64,000 nt of DNA from assembly GCA_002269645.1 (NCBI GenBank), contig NIVC01001458.1, positions 62,001 through 126,000 on the forward strand, written 5' to 3'. Source of the DNA: Macrostomum lignano (taxonomy: Eukaryota). The position numbers and the translations under genes were made by a program. Positions 26,231-38,680 of the stretch are shown in pieces (positions within the stretch are counted from its first letter, which is position 1; every line of letters starts with the position of its first letter). The notes below the pieces were generated by a model, which was given only the letters and a program-made list of their open reading frames with translations, was not told the DNA's origin and searched no databases.

Positions 26231-28668
26231 CACATGTATAAAAGATATATATAGGTAATAGTATCCTATCAATTGAAAAAAATTAAGCAAATGCTTATTT
26301 TAGGCAAAAATGATGTTTTCCACTAGCTAGTAGTAATAATGGTAGTCATAAAATATAATGAAAATTAGCAAATTTAGTTTTTATTTTTATTAAGTTTTTA
26401 TTATTTAGCTACTAATTATTAACCATATATAGAGTATAGTTAAAATAGCATACGCTAGAAATTTTTTTGACGACAATATATCCACTATCTATGCCCTGTC
26501 TCTAATTATGATTGTGTAAATTGAAACAAACAAAAGAGCCCACTGGAACTATGTCTATGTTCAAAACTAATAATTCTTCATTCTAATACTAATAGAAGTC
26601 TAGAAGACTAATAAAACAGAACTCCAATAAACGACAAATTAGGAAGTCTAAAAAAGACAAATCAAGAAGTATATTATCCTTGCTTGTATGAGTTAAATGT
26701 TTTACTTTTAAGTAACATTGAATGCACATGAACTATGCTGCTGCTGCACCAAATAGTAAAAAGAATTGCGATGTAAAGAAATTGAAAATGTGCATTGGCG
26801 CGTCAGAATTAATGAAGAATGAATAACAAAACAATACATAAAATAAAACTTTAAACTAATGTATTAGAGACAGGGAAAAATTTACAAATGAATTTTAATA
26901 TTTCAATTTGAAATAGCTGAGTATAGTAATTTGCCTTGTTATCAATGTGATGGATGGCGGATTTGTCGGTAAAATACATGGTTTGTTGACATTTTATGTC
27001 ATAAAGGGATAAAGCCCACGTTTCGTGCGTGCTAAAAGATAGTAATTTCCTTAATTTTAGTAGTCTTGATTTAAGTCTTACTAAAACAAAACTGTAATAA
27101 TAACTTAAGACGAAGAAATAGAAATATAGTTAATTTTTTTTTGCCACAAAAGCTTCAACATCTGTCCTTTATGCTCATTTCTGAACCAAATATTTATCGT
27201 TAAAGAATTTGTATACAGTGACCCACCTTTCTGCTTCAATTTGAAGGAGTTTTAATAAAGCAGGAAGGGCACTCAAAAATGCATACATGTATATCTCTTG
27301 GAAAATTTTGTAGGCGGTTGTTAACGAAAATATACATGCACACTAAACGAGCGTAGAGATGCCAAGGACCACTTGCAGTATACAGTGGTCCTTGCGAGAT
27401 TCATGCAGTAAAAATTCTAGAAAACACAAGTTTGATCGTTGCAGTAGTATCGAATCTAGCAATTCTTACCGCATTACATATGTAAAAGTGTTGTTTGAAC
27501 GACATACAGACCGCCTGTTCACTCATACATGTACGAGTATATATGCAAATATATTCTTGCTTATCTCTTATAAATGTACACCATTTTGCTATTTTTCGAG
27601 CTGTGCGAAATCGATCCAGCTTTGAAGACAAGCAAATGTAGCTAATATTTTGCAAGAAATCCTAGCTTATAATGTAGTAAATTCCTTCCGTCACGGAATG
27701 CGATCTCAGATACATGTGGGTCCAACGCAATACACAAGTGGCTAGAGAAAGCTTAGGCTTATTTTAAATTCGTATACGAATTCGAGTTACAGATGGATAG
27801 CTAATAATGATGTGTGTGTGGTGTGCTTAATCAGATACATGCTGCAGAGATTCATCGGACATATATGTGCACTTCAAGTGCACAAGATCGATATTGAATT
27901 GTCCGAGCTATTTTTTAGCTTGAATCTGCAAGCCCTACTATGATTAACTAATCAATCAGTGGCCGGTTTCCACTTTCTACAGATGAGTTCGAATTGAAGC
28001 GAGCCAGCCAGATCAACTACTGTACGGCATGACTGAATCCATTAAAAAGCTATTCATATTTTGAGCAATCAACCTTGGTCTCCGGGGCGGAGCGAGCGCG
28101 TGCCTTCCGGTGAATCCTCGTTGGACCTGAACAATGGGGCCCGCACCTGTGAAAGTAGGGCAGCAGGTGGGGGCTCAAATTCAATTTCCTGAGCGCGGAA
28201 CCGTTCGGCTTTGACCAATTGCTGCTTCAGCGAAAGCATCACGAAATAGAAGAGAGCAGCCATGAGAAGGGAAACCCCTCCATATCCCTCTCGTGCAACT
28301 CTTGTCATAGTTTTACCCTATCCTGACTGCCTCTGATCCCAGTTTCTGATCTCAATCCATCAATTATCTCAAACGGTTGAGTGGCTTTCGTGTTCGATTC
28401 GCCGCTTTTGTTCTTCATCGTCGTCGATAAACAGCGAATCCCAGACATTTCCCTTCCCTCCTCTTTATCTGCCGGTCGGCCGAGAATCAAGAGAGGACCA
28501 CTTCAGAAAGTATTGAATATTTTGATTGGATACAGTATGAATGATAGCGGGCTATTTGTTCAATCAAAACTCTCGACTTTTTTTCTCATCTTACTAGATA
28601 TGGAAAGTTGAGAAAACTCCGATCAAAATATTGGTTAAATATAATTTTAGCGGCATTACCGGTGTCAC

Positions 28669-29353
28669 TAGGGCAATATTAGAGACAGCAGGGCACTATT
28701 AGAGACAGCAGGGCACTATTAGAGACAGCAGGGCACTATTAGAAACAGCAGGGCACTATTAGAGATAACAGGGCACTATTAGAGATAACAGGGCACTATT
28801 AGAGACAGCAGGGCACTATTAGAGATAACAGGGCACTATTAGAGATAACAGGGCACTATTAGAAACAGCAGGGCACTATTAGAGATAACAGGGCACTATT
28901 AGAGACAGCAGGGCACTATTAGAGACATCAGGGCACTATTAGAGATAACAGGGCAATATTAGAGACAGCAGGGCACTATTAGAGATAGCAGGGCACTATT
29001 AGAGATAACAGGGCACTATTAGAGATAACAGGGCACTATTAGAGACAACAGGGCACTATTAGAGACAGCAGGGCACTATTAGAGACAACAGGGTACTATT
29101 AGAAACAGCAGGGCACTATTAGAGATAACAGGGCACTATTAGAGACAGCAGGGCACTATTAGAGACATCAGGGCACTATTAGAGATAACAGGGCACTATT
29201 AGAGACAACAGGGCACTATTAGAGACAGCAGGGCACTATTAGAGACAGCAGGGCACTATTAGAGATAACAGGGCACTATTAGAGACAACAGGGCACTATT
29301 AGAGACAACAGGGCACTATTAGAGACAGCAGGGCACTACAAGAGACAGCAGTG
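28669..29353. repeat. 20-bp minisatellite (GGGCACTATTAGAGACAGCA)
   Basis: Tandem periodicity. Confidence 0.95.
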
Positions 29354-30685
29354 CGCTACCAAAGGCATGCTTTTTCTAAGAACAACTTAATATAGTAAAA
29401 TAATATTTTTGAGACACTACATGGGTCACGACACCAACGCCCTTTCAGACAGATTTTCAGCTGCTTAAAATCCATGCTATTTCTACTTTTCGGCCAAGTT
29501 CGTGTTACTTTTTTCTCTGACGCCTTTCTTCTTTCACTTCCCGTTGCCACTGGCAACATACCGGCGTCATTGCATTGCATATCGACTTGCGCTCCACGCA
29601 TATAGACTATCCAATTTGCCCACTCTTCCGGGTGGGGGGTTTTGTTGGCTCACTTGGGCCGATCAGAGACTGCACATGGGGAGAAAAGGTGCAGGACTTC
29701 AGACTGACGACGAGAAGACAGCGATGCAAATAAAGTGTCTCTGCAGTTTTTTGGTGGACCAGCAGGGCAATCATCCCCCCAATGGATTGGTCTAACTCAT
29801 CGATTGAGTGCTGATCAAATTTAGCATCACAATTTATATAGCTTTTATTCTCTCGTGTTAGCTCAATGACCGTTTGCCCCGACAGGCAGCATAGCCCGAG
29901 ACCAAGTGTATGCGAACGGATCAAACAATGAATGAATAAATGCTGATCGAGATACACAAGTCTTACCGGGGGAGAGTGCCGCGATTACCATCCATCATCA
30001 GGCTCAGAATGCTCACTGTACTATAAAATTGGGATTATTGAATGCTGCACGGCTGCAATTGCAGGCGATCATGACTTTTTTGGGCACCACCGAAAACTGT
30101 CTCGGAGCTTCTCCTAACTTGCCTAACTTGTTTGCCTCCATTCTATAGCTGGCCAAAAAGCGAAAATGGGAAGAGAGTTCAGAGTCAATCAAACAATGAC
30201 TGCATTGTTTGTCCGGCTGTTAGAGCCATCATTTTAGGCGGGATGAGGCGTAAGAGAGAATGGGAGGCTCAGTGGAGTGGGGTAATGGACTTTGTGCCAC
30301 CGGGTGGAAGCAGATCTGAAAGACAGAATTAGCCAGGAAAAAAGTAACTAAAGCTGATGCCAAATTCGTCCTAAGATGAAAAGTGACTGTGAGGACAGAG
30401 CTATAGGCTGAAATCGAAGTAATGCCCGACATTAGGCTAGCAACTAACTGATCGAACTGCTGATATTATCGTCAAATTCCTCCCTGTTTTAAGCCATGGT
30501 GGGGCTTCAGCTCCCCCTGCCATATATGGTCAACGCATTTCCCGCTTGTGACAATTGATTTTTTTGGAACGCCTCATTTGGCTGATGAAGCAAGGAAAGC
30601 ATTGCTCAGGAATCTTTAGATCAGGAACTAACATAAACAAAAGGGAAATTGTAAGAATCGGATGAAACTGTAGATTATTTATCGC

Positions 30686-31101
30686 AGGGAAGCAGCGGGG
30701 ATCACAGGGGAGCAGTGGGGATCACAGGGGAGCAGTGGGGATCACAGGGGAGCAGTAGGGATCACAGGGGAGCAGTGGGGATCACAGGGGAGCAGTGGGG
30801 ATCACAGGGGAGCAGTGGGGATCACAGGGGAGCAGTAGGGATCACAGGGGAGCAGTGGGGATCACAGAGGAGCAGTAGGGATCACAGAGGAGCAGTAGGG
30901 ATCACTGGGGAGCAGTGGGCATCACAGGGAGCAGTGGGGATCACTGAGGAGCAGTGGGGATCACAAGGGAGCAGTGGGGATCACTGAGGAGCAGTGGGGA
31001 TCACAAGGGAGCAGTAGGGATCACAGAGGAGCAGTAGGGATCACAGAGGAGCAGTGGGGACCACAGGGGAGCAGTGGGGATCACTGGGGAGCAGTGGGGA
31101 T
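30686..31101. repeat. 19-20-bp minisatellite (GGGATCACAGGGGAGCAGTG)
   Basis: Tandem periodicity. Confidence 0.95.
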
Positions 31102-31757
31102 CGTGTTTTACAGAAACCGAAGACCGTTGCGTTTGCTCAGGTCTTATAATTTTACGATCCAAGCAGGCAATATCCTTGCGATAAGACGCTCGATCGCCAG
31201 GAGCAGAAAAATTGTTGAACATAAAAAGACTGGCGGATCTGCGACCCTTTGAGTGAGGCAGATTTTGGGCGAGGCCCTCGATGCAAGGATGAATTCGCTG
31301 CTGATTGGAAAGCAGTATTTAGCTAGCTGGTTACAGCAGGTTAAACAAATTCATTGAACCCCTGTTAACCCAGACACCAAGGTGAAACTTGATCACATTG
31401 TAATAACAATTGATGCATGAATGCAGTTCTAGAAGACTCCCCGCTTAACACTTGGTTGCGATACAGATACGAGTTGAGATGGGGCCAGGGAGCATTAGAA
31501 AGAAAATCTGGAGTGGCGGCTAAATTTAATTGAACATGAATTTTTTTACAAATTGAACACTTTGGTGAGGATTAGTTCATTGGTGTAAGGGTGTTGTTAC
31601 AAAGCTGGCTCAGTAAGAGCTCCTTTGAAATCCAGATTTCTATTCGGAGGTGTCCCTGGTTGGGAGGGGGACAAATTCTGCCCCCATTCAGGCAGCGAAT
31701 CAGGCACTCGGGGATCCGGCGCCCACTCAGAGAGCCAAGCCAAGAGGCTGGACCAGC

Positions 31758-31766
31758 TATATAAGG
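31758..31766 (+). promoter_or_regulatory. Probable TATA box of the neuropeptide gene
   Basis: CTATATAAG about 115 nt upstream of the signal-peptide ATG. Position-based inference only. Confidence 0.5.
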
Positions 31767-31876
31767 CCGAATTGGGACGCCAGGCTCGGATCCCGCCACT
31801 GGGGAGTCGAACCTTGTCTCTCTTAACCAGCCCGTTCTTGATAATCCGGCAACCCCGAACACCGTTCTACACCGAG

Positions 31877-34800
31877 ATGAGGCACTGCACGCTGACACTG
31901 CTGCTGGCTGTGGTCGCGGGTGAGTCCTGGCAGGTGGTTAATTGTAACTATGCGTCATTCGCACGACATTCCCGCCTGAAGACTTGTTCGCCTGCGCATG
32001 TTTTTTAGGCCGGCTTAGAGGTTAGAACTCTTTTTTTGTCAATTTTCTTTCAGCCGCAACACTTTCCCTTGCCGTCTCATGGGGTCGCGAAATCTCCTCA
32101 ATCACGCAGCGTTTGTCGAGCAGGAGAAGACGAATGCGAGAGATTCTCCTCTGACAGGTCTGCAAACGCGTGGCGGCGCTACCCACCTCTATTTCTCTCT
32201 CTCTCTCTCTATGCTCGATAATATCGAAGCAGAACAGTGACGAATTTTCTTATTATATCAATTAATATAGCTACGACGCCGAATCATATATAACTGGATG
32301 GGCACACCCCAACGAAGAATAGTGCGGATCGACTGACGGCCACTCAATTAGGAAAAGTTGCGCCTTTCAATTTCAAGCGACTCTTCATCTTTCGAATCTT
32401 TCGCCTTTTCTTCCTAATCCAGTCTTCAAGTCTTTAGCTGAATTTCCTGACGCGCTTTTTTCGTCTCCGGAGGATCGGGCAAAGCGGCAGAATTGAGCGA
32501 ATTAAGAGCAATGAGTTGAGAACTATTGAGCAAAACTGGGATAGAACAGAGAGCGCAGACTAACAGGCCTTCATATTTCTAATACCATCCGATATGGCTA
32601 ATCTGCCGACGAGGTTTTTTATTGAATAGTTTGCCATTTTTCCCATCATCAGGCCAAAGTGTGTTTCACCAGCAGAAACCGAGTCGCACAGAGAGCATTT
32701 TTGCAATGCGTAGCGAATGACGGGCCGGTAAGGCCATGCGCACAGGCTTGGATCAACAGCGATCACGGTTGGGCTGGAATAAGATTTCGGGGTAAAAAAA
32801 TGCCCAATAAAACGACCACTGCAGTGTGATAGAGGAACATCTCAGCTGCTAGGGGAATATTTTCCTAAAATGAAATCGGTTTGTCCTGACCAGTTATGCC
32901 TAATTATGTTAATTAGCTAGCATAATTAATTTATGTACTCGAAATTAGGCGCTTCCTTCGTGTGAAATCGCCTAAAAACTGCTTTTATGGCCTGGTCTGC
33001 TTTAATGTTTTTATGATATAAACTGCTATTATACTGGATGAGCAGTTGCTAATCAGAATGTATGCAGCAGCCAATGCTCTGCTCTAGCTTCAATATGAAC
33101 TGTTGTGCTCTAGGTCTCACGCACTCTCTCTGCTCAATATTGAAATCAGCACATGAACGTACGTTCGTACTGTTCTATTTCATATGCGTCGGACTGTCAG
33201 ATGTACATTGATTATTGCAACTTTCATAGCCAACTCATATCAGCACTCAAATAAATATCACAACCAATACTCAAGTCAAGGCCAAATTCAAAACATTTGT
33301 CTCTTGCATCAGTGGCCAGCGATCAATTTCAGAATTTCAGAATATGCCGAATGCAAAAAAATCACATGAGGAGTGCAGAGAGAGTCTGTGTTTGCTCTGT
33401 TTGCGGAAAGCCTCGCGCTCAATTTGGTCGGTAGCAAATTTTTCTGCTGAGGATTTGGTGCCGAATTTCGCCTCTGTACAGCACATTCTGCCGACCGGCT
33501 TGTGTGACGGGTGTCGACGCATCATTTCATCTCTATCTGGTCCAGCGCCTCGTGAGTTGCCACCAAGGCTAAACTATGAGCAGATGGTTGCCGACCTGCA
33601 GAGTCTGCCTCCGTCCACAAGAAATAATCCGCATTGCTCTTGCGAACTGTGCGAGCTTGCCAGATCGAAGAACAGCAGCAAGTTGACAACTTATGTCAGC
33701 TCTTACAGTACTGGCGCTGCTGCATCTCGTCCAGGACGACCTCGAAAACATCCATTGTCGGCAGCTGATGCAGCACAACCACAGTTCATTTGCTCGTTTT
33801 GTCGATCAGAAATTGGCCGTGGCAAGAAACACAACTGCTCAAGAGCAACGCGACTGACTAATCTGCAGCAGGGCGTCAGTCCTGATACGCAGGACATGCT
33901 GGCCAGCAGCTGCATATCAACAAAGGCTGCAGCAAGTGGCTCCAGCTGTGTTTCCTTGTCACGGATGGAAGGTGGTCGCCCAATGCGCGTGACTGTTGGT
34001 GCTAGTGTGGGCAATGGAGCAACCAGCTTCCCTGCAACTTCTATCAGCACAATGAAGACACTGAAAGGTGTGCTGAATCTTAGCAACAATCAGACGCTGC
34101 AGGTCGCGCAGGTACTGAGAGCTGGTGCGAGCTCTTTGCGAGCAGTTGAATCTAGGCTGAAAGATTCATTAGTGACTCAAAATCGTGTATTGGAAGACTT
34201 TTTTAAACTTCAGACACTTCAATTCGAGCTGTCATCTTCTGCCATTGGTGATCGTGCTGCTGTCCTCTGCACTGATGCTTCGCGCCTCATTGAATTTATT
34301 GTCCAACAGCGAGGAACCTCTAACTTCGAATGCCGGCTGGGGCTTGATGGTGGCGGAGGTTTTTTTAAGATTTGCGTGTCTGTCGTTGCGTCCACGTCTG
34401 ACCATCAGGCGCACGGCCGTGCTGCTGCAGTTCACGAAAGTGTGCGACGCCACTCACAGTTCAATGACGCTGGAGTGAAAAAAATTATAGTTCTCGCAAT
34501 CCGACATCTCAGAAACGTACAAAAATGTAAAAACACTGCTACAGGCTGTTTCTGTGGTGGAGCTGTCTGCTGTGACTGTCACAGACATGAAGCTAGCAAA
34601 CATTCTCTGCGGACTCCAGCCTCACTCGTGTGCTCACCCATGTCCGTACTGCGAGTCTACTGCACCACTGACGACAAGCGGCAGGCCACGAACCCTCGGT
34701 AGAATTCGGCAGAAAGTGCAGGAGTTCAATTCTGCTGGACGAGTTTGGAGCAGAGCGAAGCAGTTCATGAACTGTGTCAATCTGCCGCTGCTGGCTGGTG

Positions 34801-37800
34801 ATGATGACGAGGAAGTGCTGATGCTGCTGCCCCCTCCTGAACTGCATCTTCTGCTCGGAATCAGTAACAAATTGCTTGATTCTTTGAACGAAGCTTGGGG
34901 CGAAGACCGCGGATTTGCATGGCTACAATCTCACGGCATCGTGCGAGCGGGGTACCGCGGCGGCACAATGGAAGGCAACGCTTGTCGCAAATTGCTGCTG
35001 ATGGCTGAGGTTCTTCTTGAAGACGTTCCTCATGAACTACAGCCCTTCGCCCAGTGCTTGATTTGCTTCAACAGCGTTGTTAATGGAGCATTTGGCCAGG
35101 AATTGGCCCGGATTTTGGTGAGCGAATCGAAAATTTTGGAGCTGCATACCTGGCACTGGGATTGACTGTCACGCCCAAAGTGCATGTTCTCCTTTGCCAC
35201 GTGAGCGACTTCTGCCATCGCACTGGTCGTGCACTTGGAACTTGTAGCGAACAGGCAGTAGAGAGCGCACACTCGGATTTCCAGCGGACTTGGCAGCGCT
35301 ACAGGCTGCCAGCCGATCACCCACAGTTCGGCAATAGGCTGCTGCAGGCAACAGTGGCGTATAACAGCTGGCATATCTAATGCAGTGACATATTTAATGC
35401 GGTGATGGCTTTTCATTTGACTAAATTTACTGTCGTGTTGTGCAGCCTACTTTGCTGCATGCTGTTGTTACCAGCACTACTACATGGATGAAGAAAAACA
35501 GTATAATAGGAGCAATATTTCCATGACTATTTGTGAAGGGATCTATCTAAAAGTTCAACATCCAAAAGTTTGAATATTGATTCTATTGGCAATGGAAGTA
35601 ATTCAAAAGAAATATTCAATATCTAAAAAAACTTTTGACCCAGACTTTTCTGCTCAGATTAGCAATATTCTCTTCTTCATCTGTGACATGTATCTCGTAG
35701 CACCTGCATGCTAAAACATAAACTGATCATGAATTGCTATATAAGTTATATTATAATTATATCATATATTTAATTTATTGATATAAATTTTAATAGGTGC
35801 TATCCAAATGTCCAACCAGCTGCTCAGTTTTGAAGAGACCCTTTCTCTGAAACGCTGGATATTTCTATTTTTTTCTTATGATTTTTGAGTACTAATAATA
35901 TGAACTACAAAGTGCTCACTTTCTATAACTAATACTAAATATATATTGATATTAAATAGCTACAGATTTTAATACGAACACAGCTCATAAAGGCAGTTTT
36001 TAGGCGATTTCACACGAAGGAAGCGCCTAATTTCGAGTACATAAATTAATTATGCTAGCTAATTAACATAATTAGGCATAACTGGTCAGGACAAACCGAT
36101 TTCATTTTAGTAAAATATTCCCCTAGCAGCTGAGATGTTCCTCTATCACACTGCAGTGGTCGTTTTATTGGGCATTTTTTTACCCCGAAATCTTATTCCA
36201 GCCCAACCGTGCGATTTGATTGATCACCTTGTCTATAGGTTAGACAGAGGAGCCCGCATGTTTGTCATTGATATTAGCCGGGGCACAGGACCCAGGGGGG
36301 GGGTCGATCCCGGGCCAATTCTGATAATAAAATGTCAACTTCCCGCATCCCGGAGTTCCGGGGATTCTCGAGAGGGCGGTGGAGAGAGGGGGCGTAGAAT
36401 TTGTTTGAGCAAGAATGAGTCTCGTATCTTTTGAGTGCAGATTAAACAGTTGATGACCAGATTTGGCATCCGTGGCCCATTTCTCCCCCCCCCCTAGCAA
36501 CTAACGCAGTCCGACTGGCCACCTGCGGTACTCACCTACGTCGAAGACAGTGAGACCAATCACGGGAATTGCGCGCTGGCTCATATAGTATTTTCTTTAA
36601 CCATTAAGCAAACAATTTTTGGGCATCATTCTGAATACACAGAACTGCGACTGTTTCCGATCTGGTTGGGTCACCGATCCCAGCACGACGGAGTGCAAAC
36701 TGCGCCTAATTAATGAGGAAATCAACCCTCCCGACCGCTAGCTACCTCTGCCTTCTCCCTCATCTCCCACTGCCAGCTGCCTCCCATCATTCGTGTTTGA
36801 GTAGCAAATTTTTCTCCAACTAAAACTTTGCTAGTAGATCAAAAAACATTCGATAAATATTCAAATTTTCTCTCTCTACATATTAAACGACTTTCTAGCT
36901 GCAAAAGTTTCTGTGTAAATTTATTCGAGAAGACGACCCAGAAACGGCCTGGATGGATCACGGACCAATTTTGTCTTGGATTAAACCGTAAATTTCAGGC
37001 TCACAACGAAGCTGAGAAGAAATAATAAATTAATAATGCAAAACGTTCTTTCGAAACCTTCAGACATACATTATTGAAGTAGCGACTTGAATTAGAGCTC
37101 GGGGGGAGCAAGCACCGCAACCCGAGGCTGGCATGTTTATCGAGCGTAAAATAGGTTCTGGAATGGAGACTTCAGCGGCTATATTTATGAGCCACGTCAG
37201 TTCGCCAGAGTCCGGCATCCTATACTGGAGTTCATGTTAGGCAGAAAGCAGCTCCGCTTCTGCCACTCCGCTAGGTTAATTGATAACAAGAGCCCAGCGG
37301 AGTGGTTTGCAGGGCCGGTTACGGCTGCTTGGTTTTGAGCAAAAATCTCTGCAACTTCCGATTATTTGGGCCGGTGTGTGGGGGGGGGGCGGGCGGGGGT
37401 TCAGCGCTACTTAAGAGCCAGGTTTCAGGATGCGGGATGCGAAGCAAACTCACGGGGCGTGCCTAATCAGGCCATTGTGCCAGAATCGAAGGGGGGGGGG
37501 GTGAAGTCAACTTTCGCCTCGTTCATTCTTCGTCTATTCTATAGTCCAATAGTTCTTTTTAATTCACTAACAGCTGGCTGGCTCGCCGCACTTGTGTATT
37601 CACAAATCTGCAGCGGGGAGACAGATCGCCACTCTCAGCGGGACATTGTCAATGCTGGATGGGAAGCGGCGTGGCACCGGAGAGCAATAGAGATAGAATG
37701 GAATGGGTAGGAGAACAATCGGTTGCTATGGTGACTTGTGTGACAATTCATGGGAGCAGAAGCAGTCAGTACTAACACGTTCCATACAGCGCTAATCTCA

Positions 37801-38680
37801 GTTGATTGCATGAATGCCTCGGGAGAGACGGGTGCGCGATGATGATTAATCTATATGGTTGCGGAACAAGCTGCGTGGTAAATGAATTGAAAACTAGCCG
37901 CTAATTGGATGATTGTTAATCCCGAACTGGATTCCCTTGCATCCCTCAGCCATCTGCATGATGAACGGCGCCACCGGCGAGGAAGTCAAAAAGCGCAGCT
38001 CCATCGAAAACCAGGAGATTGAGCAATTTGAGCCGGAGCCCTTCGACGAGGAAACCGACGATGAGGACGACGTTGACAAGAGGGCGATGCGCCTCATGCG
38101 CTTGGGCAAGAAGCGCGCCATGCGTCTAATGCGTCTGGGCAAGCGCGACTGGGACGACGGCGCGGACGAAGAGAAGCGGGCGATGCGCCTCATGCGCCTG
38201 GGCAAGCGCGAGTGGGAGGAGGAAATGGACGAGGAAAAGCGCGCCATGCGCCTCATGCGCCTGGGCAAGCGTGACAACGACAAGCGCGCCATGCGCCTCA
38301 TGCGCCTGGGCAAGCGTGACAACGACAAGCGCGCCATGCGCCTCATGCGTCTGGGCAAGCGTGACAACGACAAGCGGGCCATGCGCCTCATGCGCCTGGG
38401 CAAGCGTGACAACGACAAGCGGGCCATGCGCCTCATGCGCCTGGGCAAGCGTGACAACGACAAGCGGGCCATGCGCCTCATGCGCCTTGGCAAGCGTGAC
38501 AACGACAAGCGGGCCATGCGCCTCATGCGCCTGGGCAAGCGTGACAACGACAAGCGGGCCATGCGCCTCATGCGCCTGGGCAAGCGTGACAACGACAAGC
38601 GGGCCATGCGCCTCATGCGCCTTGGCAAGCGTGACGACATGGAAGAGAAGCGCGCCATGCGTCTCATGCGCCTTGGCTGA
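31877..38680 (+). CDS. Myomodulin-like neuropeptide precursor, 13 x AMRLMRLamide: join(31877..31919,37950..38680)
   Basis: Exon 1 encodes the signal peptide MRHCTLTLLLAVVA with a phase-1 GTGAGT donor. Exon 2 follows ccctcag and continues (A)ICMMNGATGEEV. 13 KR-AMRLMRLG units (KR-flanked, the last ending at the stop) have acidic spacers. Resembles flatworm AVRLMRLamide peptides (npp-6/mpl, recalled). Confidence 0.92.
32764..36211 (+). mobile_element. Chapaev/Transib-like DNA transposon, 3448 bp, 226-bp TIRs, 4-bp TSD CGAT
   Basis: Ends are CACGGTTGGGCTGG...CCAGCCCAACCGTG. TIRs 32764-32989 and 35986-36211 show only 2 mismatches by eye. CGAT flanks both ends (32760-32763, 36212-36215). Contains a transposase. 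Confidence 0.9.
33344..35380 (+). pseudogene. Transposase with two apparent frameshifts (about 34501 and 35108); about 680 aa if repaired
   Basis: N-terminal Cys/His motifs (HEECRESLCLLC, PTGLCDGCR, CSCELC). Core motifs LGLDGG, TDMKLANILCGLQ..CPYC, PELHLLLG, TPKVHVLLCHV and SEQAVES follow the RAG1/Transib-type DDE layout. Pieces are ORFs 33344-34702, 34554-35165 and 35162-35380. Confidence 0.85.

Noticed and set aside
32560-36230. Minus-strand frame restored when the transposon is removed (KVINQIAVDPSLCAW...)
   Set aside because: Short, with no recognisable homology and a stop just upstream; compatible with chance.
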